From Patescibacteria group bacterium (GTDB taxonomy: Bacteria > Patescibacteriota > Patescibacteriia > XYB2-FULL-38-15): 64,000 nt of DNA. A program made the translations under genes and the position numbers. Where the stretch lies: positions 363,302-427,301 of the forward strand of contig JBAZJZ010000001.1 in NCBI GenBank assembly GCA_041650995.1. The letters are read 5' to 3'. Below the pieces are notes generated by a model. The model was given only the letters and a program-made list of their open reading frames with translations. It searched no databases and was not told where the DNA came from. This document shows, piece by piece, positions 1 through 9,953 of the stretch (positions are counted from its first letter, which is position 1; each line of letters opens with the position of its first letter).

Positions 1-167
1 GCTTCTTCGCTGACTTCTCTTATTACAGTCGCCTCTTCATCTAAATCAGACTCCTCCGCTCTGCCGCTCGGCGGTTTCCAGAGGCCAAACATTAAATCAC
101 GGCTTTCTTTAAGCAGTAAAAATCTATTGTCTTTTTTTATAATTGCCGCAATACCGTGGCTTTTCAT
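1..167 (-). CDS. NUDIX hydrolase, N-terminal part (gene runs off window start)
   Basis: minus-strand translation from ATG at 167 contains a Nudix box GX5EX7REVxEE (G..AEESDLDEEATVIREVSEE). Confidence 0.55.
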   Translation of the reverse strand, partial: MKSHGIAAIIKKDNRFLLLKESRDLMFGLWKPPSGRAEESDLDEEATVIREVSEE

Positions 168-177
168 ATTTTATTTT

Positions 178-969
178 TTAATCTAAGATCTTCAACTGAA
201 TAATCGTTAAAAGTAATACAATTAGCATTAGACTATAGTTTATTGAAAAATTGCGTAGAGTAATATAGTTTTCACTTGGCGAAATATTTATCTTTTTTAC
301 AAATTCGTCGTTAGTAGTACCATAATTTCCAGAATGCATTTTCATTTCGCCCCTAAACCTATAAAGGGATTTAAAGCTATACTCCCCCCGGCTATTGAAA
401 ATTATCGTAGCCCTACCATTCAATTTTCCTGGCTTTATTTCTACTCCACCTGCACTTTGAACTCCCATGCGTTCGCCGAGCTCAATTGGATATTTGAAAG
501 AGTTGAACCATGCCAATGAAAATTCATCAAACGAATCTTTAAACACGGACAGAGTGTCAATTTCATCGAACTTTTTTACGGATGCCTTTATTCTTATTTT
601 TCTGCCAGCAATAAATCCTCCCCTTGCCTTAATTATTATTTCTATTGGAATGCCTCCCGGCCCATCTGGAAATTTATTAATTTCAGGACTATTACTGGGG
701 TGCAATATTAACATATTTTCTTTCACGAAGGGGATAAAAAATCCAATAAGCGCTAATCCTGCCCATGCAATAAAAATAAAAATTATATAATATTTTATGT
801 TATATATCTCCAAAAAGAATTTATCTACTATGAAAAGTAAAACTATTATTATTGGAAAAGCAAACTCTATGACTCTGCGTATAGAAAAATCATAATAAAA
901 TAAAGAATATATATAGCCAAAAATCTTATTACAAGGCTTTAAAAATTTACTTTTCTTAGAAAATTTCAT
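178..969 (-). CDS. hypothetical membrane protein
   Basis: 263-aa ORF with hydrophobic helices near the N-terminus; no recognised motif. Confidence 0.35.
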   Translation of the reverse strand: MKFSKKSKFLKPCNKIFGYIYSLFYYDFSIRRVIEFAFPIIIVLLFIVDKFFLEIYNIKYYIIFIFIAWAGLALIGFFIPFVKENMLILHPSNSPEINKFPDGPGGIPIEIIIKARGGFIAGRKIRIKASVKKFDEIDTLSVFKDSFDEFSLAWFNSFKYPIELGERMGVQSAGGVEIKPGKLNGRATIIFNSRGEYSFKSLYRFRGEMKMHSGNYGTTNDEFVKKINISPSENYITLRNFSINYSLMLIVLLLTIIQLKILD

Positions 970-1291
970 AGTTGTAAATGTTGGTATATTTTAATCATAC
1001 CCTATTTATCCCGGACAATAAAGCCCGCCATTTGAACCCCTCACCCTAACCCTCTCCCCCAAGGGGCGAGGGGATTTTTGCGCCTTTGCTAATTTTGCGT
1101 TTTCGCGATATCAAAAACAGCTTCTTCATCCTTGAACAAAGGTAAGAAGAAGCCGTTAGCTCGCAGTTTTTATCAGAGTTTGCCAAAGGGTTAATTCTTC
1201 GACACTACCTCCGGAAAAACTGCGAAATATTTTTTTATAAATAATGAAATCCTTCGACTCGCTGTGCTCGCTCAGGAGATAACATTACACA

Positions 1292-1654
1292 TTATTTAAC
1301 GGCGACCGTGCCGCTCGTTTTCGCGTAATCAACTTTCGCCACGCCAACCATGCTCAAACTATTGATTCTCTCCTGAATCTTAGCCGTTGATTGCATTTCC
1401 GCCACTTGAAACTCAATCTTCCTGATATTTTCTTTAAGCGCGGCTTGTTTATCTTCCAAATCTTTTATGGCAAAGCCCTTTACTGCCATGCTATTAATTT
1501 GGGCGAGATAGAGCACGCCGAATAAACAAATCAAAACAACGAGGGCTATATTTATAGTTTTAACATTAGAAAAAATCTTGTACCAAACACGCGGTTTGGC
1601 TTCAAGCCTTTCTTTTTTGTTTTTGTTTTGGATCAGCGCCAAGAATTTTGACAT
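1292..1654 (-). CDS. ftsL: FtsL-like cell division protein
   Basis: 120 aa, single TM helix then coiled coil; sits immediately downstream of rsmH as in dcw clusters. Confidence 0.5.
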   Translation of the reverse strand: MSKFLALIQNKNKKERLEAKPRVWYKIFSNVKTINIALVVLICLFGVLYLAQINSMAVKGFAIKDLEDKQAALKENIRKIEFQVAEMQSTAKIQERINSLSMVGVAKVDYAKTSGTVAVK

Positions 1655-1668
1655 ATTTTGATTTTCGG

Positions 1669-2619
1669 CTACTTCAATTTCTCAACGGCTCGAAGTTTCG
1701 CGCTCCGAGACCTGGGATTTTGGGTTGCCTCCTCCTCACTGGGTACTATTGGTTTTTTATTTAAAATTTTTAAAATCGCTTTGTGGCCGCAGGTGCAGAC
1801 TGGAATGCTTTTTGGACAAACGCAGTCAATTGATTCTTTTTTAAAATATTGTTTGACGATTCTGTCTTCCAAGGAATGGAAGGAAATTATCGCGAGCCGG
1901 CCGCCCGGCGGAAGAATTTGAATCGCTTGCGGCAAAACTTCGGTTAAATTTTCAAGTTCGTGGTTTACAGCAATGCGAAGAGCCTGAAAAACTTTCGTGG
2001 CAAAATGGATTCGGCCAAACTGAAACTTTTTCGGGATCACTTCAGCAATCGCGTTCACCAGTTTAAAAGTCGTGTCTATTGGATTATTTTTTCTAATTTC
2101 GCAAATTCTCCTGGCAATTCTTCCGGAAAATTTTTCTTCGCCGTATTCTTTGAAAATTCTTTCTAATTCCTCTTCGCGAGAATGGTTTAAAATATCCGTT
2201 GCCGTCATCCCCTCTTCGCCATAGCGCATATCGAGCGGCGCGTCGATTTGAAAAGAAAAACCTTTTTTCGGATCCGCGATTTCCATGGAAGAAAATCCGA
2301 GGTCAATCAAGATGCCGGAAATATTTTTAAAATTATTTTGAAGGACTATGTCCTTTAAATCTCTGTAATTACCTCTGACGGCAACTAACCTCGTGTCCCC
2401 GATTCCCGCCTTCAAAGCTTTTTGCTTGGCGACAAGAATCGCCCGCATATCCATATCAATTCCCAGAACTTTTCCATTCGGCGAAATGCGTTTTAAAATT
2501 TCTATCGTATGTCCGCCGGCGCCTAAAGTACAATCCAGAAAATTTTGGTTTGGTTTTGGATCAAGAAATTTTATGACCTCATTTAAAAGGACTGGTATGT
2601 GCTCGGATTTTTTTTCCAT
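1669..2619 (-). CDS. rsmH: 16S rRNA (cytosine1402-N4)-methyltransferase RsmH/MraW
   Basis: N-terminal HIPVLL...LDCTLGAGGH motif; mraZ-rsmH gene order. Confidence 0.9.
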   Translation of the reverse strand: MEKKSEHIPVLLNEVIKFLDPKPNQNFLDCTLGAGGHTIEILKRISPNGKVLGIDMDMRAILVAKQKALKAGIGDTRLVAVRGNYRDLKDIVLQNNFKNISGILIDLGFSSMEIADPKKGFSFQIDAPLDMRYGEEGMTATDILNHSREEELERIFKEYGEEKFSGRIARRICEIRKNNPIDTTFKLVNAIAEVIPKKFQFGRIHFATKVFQALRIAVNHELENLTEVLPQAIQILPPGGRLAIISFHSLEDRIVKQYFKKESIDCVCPKSIPVCTCGHKAILKILNKKPIVPSEEEATQNPRSRSAKLRAVEKLK

Positions 2620-2620
2620 A

Positions 2621-3052
2621 TTAAACCCCGAGCTCCCCTAACTGTTCGGCGATGTCACCGCTTGTTTTTTCCGTGCCGCTCTTGTAAGTATTCCATTTTA
2701 CTTCATCCCAAATTTCCAAACGATTGTAAAGTCCGGCGACGATAGCGTTTTTTCCAAGGCCGGCATACTTCCTTAAATAATCAGGCAAGACTACTCTTCC
2801 CTGTTTGTCTAAAGAAACGTCCATCGCGCCGGCGAGCATTAATCTGGAAAAGGCGCGAGTGTTGGCGCGGCTGATCGGCAGCTTGGCTAATTTTTCCGCC
2901 AAGATTTTCCATTCAGCTCCCGTGTACAAAAAAAGGCAGTTGTCTAAACCCCGAGTCACAACTGCGCCTTTAGAAAGTTTATTTCTAAACTTAACCGGCA
3001 CGGCCAGTCTTCCCTTCTCGTCTATTGTGTGATTGTATTCTCCGATAAACAT
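2621..3052 (-). CDS. mraZ: transcriptional regulator MraZ
   Basis: MFIGEY..DEKGRL..VP duplicated MraZ fold motifs. Confidence 0.9.
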   Translation of the reverse strand: MFIGEYNHTIDEKGRLAVPVKFRNKLSKGAVVTRGLDNCLFLYTGAEWKILAEKLAKLPISRANTRAFSRLMLAGAMDVSLDKQGRVVLPDYLRKYAGLGKNAIVAGLYNRLEIWDEVKWNTYKSGTEKTSGDIAEQLGELGV

Positions 3053-3257
3053 GAAAGTAGTTTTATGCTGTTTGAAAAATTTTACGTGATTTTGCCGAGT
3101 CCCGCCCCGTACGAAGTAAAGGTTTCAGGCGAGAAAATTTTTAAATAACCATCTTGCGCTCATTGCCCTGCTAGCTACATCGCCCCGCTTAAACTTCGTA
3201 TGGGGTGATTGTATTCTCCGATAAACATAATATTTTGTGAAAGAAACAAAAGTGGAG

Positions 3258-3300
3258 GACGGTGGGTTTTGGGTACTAATTTTTTTTGGTTAAAGTGGAA
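3258..3300. promoter_or_regulatory. candidate MraZ operator (AAAGTGG / GGTGGG / TGGGTA direct repeats at about 10-bp phase, plus a second AAAGTGGA)
   Basis: direct repeats resembling reported MraZ boxes (GTGGG-type) upstream of mraZ. Confidence 0.3.
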
Positions 3301-3535
3301 TTGGCGCGTAATGTCTTGGCCAATTAGCCGCGGAGCTGTTATTTGAACTTTTGATTAAGGAATTCTGAAGGTTTTCCTCAGGATCCTTTGGCTCAAAGCA
3401 ACTCCGAGTTATCCACAAAGAACCATGTCTATCCCCACTTTTATCCACTTTCATATCTTATACTTCCATTTTACTCCACTTTTCCCAACTTGTCAACCAC
3501 TCTGTCAACGAATTATTTTCCTTTTAAATAAAACA

Positions 3536-3580
3536 AAAAATCCACTGCTGTGTATAAGTGGATTTCTATATTTCAAATTA
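3536..3580 (-). terminator. rho-independent terminator after tsaB-like gene
   Basis: aaatccact...agtggattt stem followed by a T-run on the minus strand. Confidence 0.5.
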
Positions 3581-3604
3581 AGCTTGTGGATAACTGGCGC
3601 CAAG

Positions 3605-4033
3605 CTACAACTTCCACTTCTTGGGCTTGGTGATATTTGGCTCCTTGCCGTAAGTCGGCAAAACGATTTTCTCTCCTTCGCCTTTAATCATTTTTTCATA
3701 ACCTATTCTTAAAAATTCAATTTCACTTTTAAATTCCTCCTGTTTTAATCCAATAACCGGAATTTTAAGCAAACTTCCCAGAAGATTCGCCGCGACCACG
3801 CCGCCGCGCACCGCCGTAAAAGATCCCGGACCGGAGACCACGGCGATTCCCCCGATTTTCCCCACCTCTTTTTTATTTTTCTTAAAAATTTTATCAATCA
3901 AAAAAAGCAATTTATCTTTTGTTTCTTTTGTTGCCTCTTTTTTAATTTTTTTTCCGTCAAACAAAAAAACAGTTGCTTCGCCTAGAACCGCCGTATTAAT
4001 TCCTAATAATATTTTTTTATTTTTTAATTTCAT
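3605..4033 (-). CDS. tsaB: TsaB/YeaZ-like t6A biosynthesis protein (short form)
   Basis: VSGPGSFTAVRGG motif similar to YeaZ GPGSFTGLRIG. Confidence 0.55.
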   Translation of the reverse strand: MKLKNKKILLGINTAVLGEATVFLFDGKKIKKEATKETKDKLLFLIDKIFKKNKKEVGKIGGIAVVSGPGSFTAVRGGVVAANLLGSLLKIPVIGLKQEEFKSEIEFLRIGYEKMIKGEGEKIVLPTYGKEPNITKPKKWKL

Positions 4034-5448
4034 TATTGATGCACAATAACAGGCGTGCCTTTCTCAGCCCATTCAAAAACTATTTCCGCGTTGGAAAGCG
4101 CGAGCCGTACGCAGCCATGCGAAACCCTTTTTCCTAGATGATTTACTCCTTCATAAACAAACTTACTGCCGCTCTTCCAATATGGCAAGCCGTGGATGCC
4201 CGCGCCACCCTTGGTGAACAACATAAAATGCGGCATATAAAGTGAATACGCGTTGGAATACGCCACCTCTGATTTGGATAAAATTTTAAAAGTTCCGAGC
4301 GGGGTCGGCATTTTTGTCGTGCCGGTGGAAACTAGATATTCTCCAAGCTTAAAACCGTTTTCAAAAAATTTAAGCTTTTGCTCGCTGATATCAATTTCAA
4401 TATATTTATATAAATCCGCCCTGCCACTCGGTTCGGTTTTATTGGGCATGGCCACAATCTTATTTTCTCCATCGGCAAACTTCCCTACTCCGACAAGCGT
4501 CCCGCTTCGCGAATTTTTATCAAAAGAAAAAAATTGATTTTCTAAATTTCCTTCACCGTCAAAAATTCTGATATGCGGCCCGCCCGTAAACCCCGCGCCC
4601 AAAATAATTTCTTCCTGGCTATCTTCGTCCACATTGCCCAGAGAGACGTTCACTCCTCCGCGGAAACTTTTTCCATAAGCCAAAAATCTTTTAACAAATT
4701 CTCCATCTGAATTAAAAATTTGAACTTCAGGAACGCTCCCCCATCCCGGCGCGACAACAACTTCTTCTTCCTCGCCAGCCAAAATATTTCCCGCCGCCAC
4801 CCGAACGCCGCTCCATTTATTTATGCCTGTCGGATTAATTTTGAACAAAGCCACGCCTAAATTATTAAAAACTTTTATTTCCGGCTCTTGCCCGGGCCCG
4901 CTGCCCACGATAATTTCATCCTGTCCATCATTATCCAAATCCCCGGCGGCGAGATTCGCGCCAAATTCCAAATTTTTATCAAAAGCAAAAAAGCTTTGGG
5001 AAATTTCCATTTGGCCATAACCGTCAAAAATTTTTATTTCCGCCGCCGCACCTTCGGCCGGTGCGGTTATAATCTCACCCTTGCCGTCTCCGTCAAAATC
5101 TCCGGCGCCAACCGTGACGCCTCCTAAAAATTTTTCATCATAAGCCAAAAAGGAATTTACGAGCGATCCATCCTCCCGATAAATTTTTACTTCTGGTTTT
5201 TTACCAAACGGCGCGCCAACCACGATTTCGTTTACCCCGTCCCCGCCCAAATCAACCATCGCCATACTCGGCGCTTCGTCCATTTTTGAAAAAGAAATAA
5301 AAAATCCCTTCTCCGGGGTGAAATTCGTTGTATTAAAAATTTTTACTTCCGAAACCCCCGCGGCATGAACAAAATTAACCGGTAATATTAATAAAAGTCC
5401 GGCACCTAACACGAAAAATAAATTTTTTGCTCCGTTGGGCATAATCAT
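4033..5448 (-). CDS. secreted FG-GAP repeat protein with C-terminal L,D-transpeptidase (YkuD) domain
   Basis: signal peptide; repeated DxDGDGxxEI motifs; C-terminal HGCVRL catalytic motif. Confidence 0.65.
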   Translation of the reverse strand: MIMPNGAKNLFFVLGAGLLLILPVNFVHAAGVSEVKIFNTTNFTPEKGFFISFSKMDEAPSMAMVDLGGDGVNEIVVGAPFGKKPEVKIYREDGSLVNSFLAYDEKFLGGVTVGAGDFDGDGKGEIITAPAEGAAAEIKIFDGYGQMEISQSFFAFDKNLEFGANLAAGDLDNDGQDEIIVGSGPGQEPEIKVFNNLGVALFKINPTGINKWSGVRVAAGNILAGEEEEVVVAPGWGSVPEVQIFNSDGEFVKRFLAYGKSFRGGVNVSLGNVDEDSQEEIILGAGFTGGPHIRIFDGEGNLENQFFSFDKNSRSGTLVGVGKFADGENKIVAMPNKTEPSGRADLYKYIEIDISEQKLKFFENGFKLGEYLVSTGTTKMPTPLGTFKILSKSEVAYSNAYSLYMPHFMLFTKGGAGIHGLPYWKSGSKFVYEGVNHLGKRVSHGCVRLALSNAEIVFEWAEKGTPVIVHQ

Positions 5449-5470
5449 AATAAACGTTCGCGCGGTAAAA

Positions 5471-6154
5471 TTATTTCACTCCTAAATTATTTACCATCAC
5501 GATTTTTTTACCTTCTAAAATATTATATAAAAACTTGTCCGTAATATCTTTGCGATATTTAAATTCCTGGCGGCTCATCAGGGTATAATTAATTTCCCGA
5601 CCAAAATCTTTTTCGAAACCTTTAATTAAGCAAGCCACCTTCCGCCGATTAAACCGGCCCACCAAAAGCAAGTCCACGGAAATACCTGGCATGCCGACAA
5701 ACTGACCGGCTAAAACCAAATAATCCACGCTCCCGGCACGGCTAACGGCTTTAACAAAATTCTTTTCCAACAAAAAATCCGCTTTTAAGAGTAATGCTTT
5801 AAGTTCCGGAAATAAAATAAAACCGCTGTTTGCCTGAAAAAATTTCTTTACGACGTCCTTATTTTTAACTTTTTTAAATTTTCCGGAAAATTTTTTTTGA
5901 CTATCGACTTTGGGAACCAGATAACTTTCCTTCGGGGCTTCCACCTCTAAAATTATTCCCAAATCTTTTAAATTTAAAAGCTCTCGACGGACGGAATTAA
6001 TTTGAGAATTGATCGCTCTCGCGATTTCTCTCACGAAAAACATCTTCTCCGCGCTGTTCAAAAATAACTTTAATAATTTGACCCTGGTCTTTGAACCAAA
6101 TAGTTGTTCAAGGCCGGAACTGCGGCTGTTTTGATGTCTTTTTTTAGTCGCCAT
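5471..6154 (-). CDS. putative winged-helix transcriptional regulator with C-terminal nucleotidyltransferase-like region
   Basis: N-terminal HTH-like segment (VREIARAINSQINSVRRELLNL); otherwise unassigned. Confidence 0.35.
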   Translation of the reverse strand: MATKKRHQNSRSSGLEQLFGSKTRVKLLKLFLNSAEKMFFVREIARAINSQINSVRRELLNLKDLGIILEVEAPKESYLVPKVDSQKKFSGKFKKVKNKDVVKKFFQANSGFILFPELKALLLKADFLLEKNFVKAVSRAGSVDYLVLAGQFVGMPGISVDLLLVGRFNRRKVACLIKGFEKDFGREINYTLMSRQEFKYRKDITDKFLYNILEGKKIVMVNNLGVK

Positions 6155-6243
6155 AGATTACCCCTATAATCTTTACTTTAATCCTAAAAAACATTATACT
6201 TATTATAATACATAAAAGCCAAAAAGAAAAGCCATTAAACCAA

Positions 6244-8598
6244 ATGTCTAGAATTGAATATAGCCAATTAATCACTGACTCTGGAAACGGAAAGTCCATT
6301 TCCAAGAGTTTTGTTTTTGATTTGCCTGAAAAAGAAGAAGCTGCGTTAGATAAGCCGGAGACGGCCGCGCCAAGGCGGGCTTCCGGCCAAATTTTCGGCA
6401 TGATTGAAATTGAAGCGCCGTCGAGCAAAAAATCATTATCTTTTCTCGATGTTTTAATCAGCGAAATCAAGGAGGCCGCGGCGGGAAGTTTTGGAAAACC
6501 GGGACAAAAAACGCCCGAGGAAATTTTTGAAAATTTTATCCAAAAAACAAACTACCGTTATCTGGAGTTGGTAAGCAATAAATCTTCGGCCGCTTTTCTT
6601 GATGAAGAGACGGACGGCTTGCCGAAAATAAATGCCATACTCTCCTTTTTAGATGAAAAAAATCTTCATCTCGCGGGCCGGGGAAAAATGCTACCATTTT
6701 TAATTTATGAAGTAAAGCAGGGAAATTTCCGAATCATGGACATCACGGAAACCGCCACGGGCAAAGAAGCGCGATCAAGCAAACTTAGCCTCTTCACCAA
6801 TATTGTCAGCGGAAAAATCGGCGCGAATGATTATCTCTTTTTTACAACTGAGAGTATCTTGGATTATTTTTCTTTAGAAAAAATTTGTAAAACCGTTTCC
6901 GCGGCAACTCCGGAAGCGGCGAAAGAAACCTTAAAAAATTTGCTCGGAGAAACAGCTAACCCCGGAACATCTTTTGCTTTCATGGTTATAAAACTCCGGA
7001 CAGAACTTCCGGTAATAAAAGCAACTTTATCCCCCGCCCCGGCCGCGAGCTCCGACAACAGGGAAACGACTTCTCCGCAAAATTCTATGGATGGCTTGCT
7101 CAAAACCGCAGCCGACACGGAAAAAATGTTAACTCCGTCACTTGGTTTAAATATCGGCGGCGGATTTTTCTCATTCCTCGGCGGCCTGAAAAATATTTTT
7201 AGAAAAAATGAAATAAAATCTAACGCCCGGCTTGAATATTATTCTTCCCAGTTCCATCCCCCAACAAGCATCAATAAATTTTTTAGATCAATTTCTCTCA
7301 TTCTTTTGGCAATCCTTCGCATTCCTTACTTTTTGATCAGAATAATTTTTTCATTTCTCTTCAATCTCCTTAAAATTATTTTCTATTCAATCACAAACTG
7401 GAAGGGGCAAAGGAAGACGGCCTTTGCAAACGCCGCCGAAAGTTTCCAAAAAAGCTGGTCAGCTATTTTACCCAAAACAGAAAAACTTCCCAAACTTTCC
7501 AAAACCCTTCTGGTTTTTGCCGTAATTTGCGTCACTCTTTTTGTCGGCAGCACCGCTTTTCTTTATTTTAAATATCAAAAAGATGTTGCCACAAAGGCGC
7601 TTCAAGAAAAAGTTGAGGTTGTCCAAAATAAAAAAAGTTCTGCCGAAGCCAGCTTAATTTACAACGACGAAACTGGAGCGAGAACTGTCTTAACTGAAAT
7701 CGACGCGCTTTTATCCGCTTTTCCACAAAAAACAAAAGATGAAAAAAAGGCCTACCAAAATCTCCTCGCGGAAACAGAAAAACTTCGAGAAAAATTAAGG
7801 CATGTCGAAAAAATTGAAAATCCCGTTGCGGTAGCTAATTTCCCGAGTTTTAATCCCGACGCGGCAGTGGAGAATTTTATCGTCACTAATAATAATATTT
7901 ATGCTTTTGATCGCTCAGCTTCGGTTATTTACAAAATAAATTTACAAAATAATGAAGTAGCGAATAAAAGCGTTTCCGGTCTTAATTTCCAGATCGTTTT
8001 TATGGAAAAAGATGATTCGGCTTTTCTTTATGAATCGGGGGAAAAATTCTTTAAACTTGACTTGAAAGAAGATATTTTAAAAGAGCTTGAAGTGGTAATG
8101 GCAAGCAATGAAACAGAAATCCAAGATCTCGCGGTTTATAACCAAAAACTTTATGTTTTGGATCCGCGCGACGGACAAATTTTCAAACATTTAGCGACCC
8201 CGACGGGATTTGGCGGCGGCACAAACTGGCTTCGCGAAACAGTAGATATTAGCAAAGCTAAAAGCCTAGCCATCGACGGCGCTATTTATCTTGGAACGAC
8301 AGACGGAAAAATTTTAGAATTTGCCAACGGCCAACAAACAGAATTTTCAGTTGAAGTTGATCCTACTCTTTCTTCTGAAATAAAAATCTGGACTTCGACC
8401 GAATCTTCATTCCTCTATGTTTTAGAGCCGCAAGCTAAACGTCTTATTGTTTTGGACAAACAAGGAAAATTGATCATCCAATATTTTTCAGAAAAATTTG
8501 ATAATTTAAAAAATTTAGCAGTCAGAGAAAAAGAAAAGAAAATCTATTTGCTTTCCGGCGATTTTGTTTACGAAATTACCGCTACTCATTTGCAATAA
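6244..8598 (+). CDS. large hypothetical protein (784 aa) with central TM helices
   Basis: long ORF with typical low-GC codon usage; no confident motif. Confidence 0.45.
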   Translation: MSRIEYSQLITDSGNGKSISKSFVFDLPEKEEAALDKPETAAPRRASGQIFGMIEIEAPSSKKSLSFLDVLISEIKEAAAGSFGKPGQKTPEEIFENFIQKTNYRYLELVSNKSSAAFLDEETDGLPKINAILSFLDEKNLHLAGRGKMLPFLIYEVKQGNFRIMDITETATGKEARSSKLSLFTNIVSGKIGANDYLFFTTESILDYFSLEKICKTVSAATPEAAKETLKNLLGETANPGTSFAFMVIKLRTELPVIKATLSPAPAASSDNRETTSPQNSMDGLLKTAADTEKMLTPSLGLNIGGGFFSFLGGLKNIFRKNEIKSNARLEYYSSQFHPPTSINKFFRSISLILLAILRIPYFLIRIIFSFLFNLLKIIFYSITNWKGQRKTAFANAAESFQKSWSAILPKTEKLPKLSKTLLVFAVICVTLFVGSTAFLYFKYQKDVATKALQEKVEVVQNKKSSAEASLIYNDETGARTVLTEIDALLSAFPQKTKDEKKAYQNLLAETEKLREKLRHVEKIENPVAVANFPSFNPDAAVENFIVTNNNIYAFDRSASVIYKINLQNNEVANKSVSGLNFQIVFMEKDDSAFLYESGEKFFKLDLKEDILKELEVVMASNETEIQDLAVYNQKLYVLDPRDGQIFKHLATPTGFGGGTNWLRETVDISKAKSLAIDGAIYLGTTDGKILEFANGQQTEFSVEVDPTLSSEIKIWTSTESSFLYVLEPQAKRLIVLDKQGKLIIQYFSEKFDNLKNLAVREKEKKIYLLSGDFVYEITATHLQ

Positions 8599-8615
8599 AT
8601 AAATGGTATAAAAAA

Positions 8616-8643
8616 ACACCCGCCGATTGGGCGGGTGTTTTTA
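8616..8643 (+). terminator. rho-independent terminator
   Basis: acacccgcc-gattgg-gcgggtgt stem followed by a T-run. Confidence 0.6.
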
Positions 8644-8716
8644 ATTATCAAGCGAGCGAGGGAAATGAAATTATATTTCATTTCCGAGCGAGCGCAGATA
8701 ACACGAAGTCTTTTTG

Positions 8717-9124
8717 TTACTTTAAGGTAACTTTGGCGCCAGCGGTTTCTAATTTCTTTTTCATCTCTTCCGCTTCGGCTTTGCCTACGCCTTCTTTCAC
8801 GACTTTCGGTGCGCCATCAACCAAGTCTTTCGCGTCTTTCAAACCCATCTGGGTCAATTCGCGAACCGCTTTAATCACGCCGATTTTATTGGCGCCGGAA
8901 TCAGTCAATTCCACGTTGAAAACGGTTTGTTCTTCAGCCGGGGCTGCTCCCGCGGCTGGGGCTCCTGCGGCCACGGCCATTACTGGCGCAGCGGCGGAAA
9001 CTCCAAACTTCTCTTCCAAAACTTTTACCAGTTCGGCTAAATCCAAAACTGATAATTTCTCAATCTGCTCGACAAGCGCCTTAAATTTTTCCGGCACTTG
9101 CACTTCTTTTGTTTCATCTGCCAT
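8717..9124 (-). CDS. rplL: 50S ribosomal protein L7/L12
   Basis: Ala-rich hinge and conserved C-terminal domain ([21 protein letters not shown]). Confidence 0.9.
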   Translation of the reverse strand: MADETKEVQVPEKFKALVEQIEKLSVLDLAELVKVLEEKFGVSAAAPVMAVAAGAPAAGAAPAEEQTVFNVELTDSGANKIGVIKAVRELTQMGLKDAKDLVDGAPKVVKEGVGKAEAEEMKKKLETAGAKVTLK

Positions 9125-9160
9125 ATAATTTTTTAAATTATTATTTAATTAAATTATTTT

Positions 9161-9688
9161 TTAAGCCGTTTTTTTCTCGGACGCTGCTTTCAAGACTTGG
9201 ACCAAACCGCGTAAATTTCCCGCCAAAACATTTACAAATCCGGAAACCGGTGAATTGATGCTACCGACTAATTTTGCCAAAAGTTCCTGTTTGCCCGGAA
9301 TATTGGCAAGTTCCATAACTTTAGCGGCGTCAATAAATTTATTTTCCAATGTTCCGCCGATAATTTTTAACGCTTCATGAGTTGCCCCAAATTGGTTCAA
9401 AACTTTTGCCGGCATCACTTCGTCTTCAAAACCAAAAACTACGGCAATATTGCCATCAAAACTTTTTGGATCAACTCCTTCTTGACCGGTTTTTTCCACG
9501 GCAAGCTTCAAAAGTGTTTTTTTCGCGACCTCGTATTCAATTTTTTCTTTACGCAAAATATTCCGAAGGGCAGTCACGTCTTTGACATTTAATCCTTGAA
9601 AATTAACAAAAACCGCGGCTTTACTTTTTTTAAAATTGTCTTCCAGCTCCGCGAGAGTTTGTTTCTTTTGTTCTTTAGTTTTAGGCAT
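9161..9688 (-). CDS. rplJ: 50S ribosomal protein L10
   Basis: L10 family sequence and position directly upstream of rplL. Confidence 0.9.
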   Translation of the reverse strand: MPKTKEQKKQTLAELEDNFKKSKAAVFVNFQGLNVKDVTALRNILRKEKIEYEVAKKTLLKLAVEKTGQEGVDPKSFDGNIAVVFGFEDEVMPAKVLNQFGATHEALKIIGGTLENKFIDAAKVMELANIPGKQELLAKLVGSINSPVSGFVNVLAGNLRGLVQVLKAASEKKTA

Positions 9689-9857
9689 ATTGATAAGAAA
9701 TTATATAAATAAAAAACTGTGGGATTACCACAGAACACGAATGAAAAACCGAAAAATCACGGTTTTTACCTCGGCAGGAAATTAAGCCCCGCCTAAGCGG
9801 GACGCCTGCTGTCTTTGGTAATTTATTTATACTACAACATCCCCCAAAACCTGTCAA
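9689..9857 (-). promoter_or_regulatory. rplJ promoter (TTGACA-17-TAGTAT) and structured L10 leader with attenuator-like hairpins
   Basis: TTGACA at 9857-9852 on the minus strand; leader has cagcagg..cctgccg, aaaaccg..cggtttt and ctgtgg..cccacag+T-run hairpins. Confidence 0.35.
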
Positions 9858-9882
9858 GTTTAATTTGTCCACAGGACTTTCT

Positions 9883-9918
9883 AATAAAAAAGCCCGCCAT
9901 CCAGAGTGAATGACGGGC
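9883..9918 (-). terminator. terminator of GC-rich cassette G1
   Basis: gcccgtc...ggcgggc stem followed by TTTTTTATT on the minus strand. Confidence 0.45.
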
Positions 9919-9953
9919 AGAGACGGGCGTCCTAGACCGAGCGAATCCCGAGC

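Noticed and set aside
3425-3712. 95-aa plus-strand ORF in the mraZ upstream spacer
   Set aside because: Low-complexity and antisense to the tsaB-like gene terminator region. Likely spurious.
6144-6470. 108-aa minus-strand ORF overlapping the start of the 6244 gene
   Set aside because: It overlaps two better-supported genes and has no signals.
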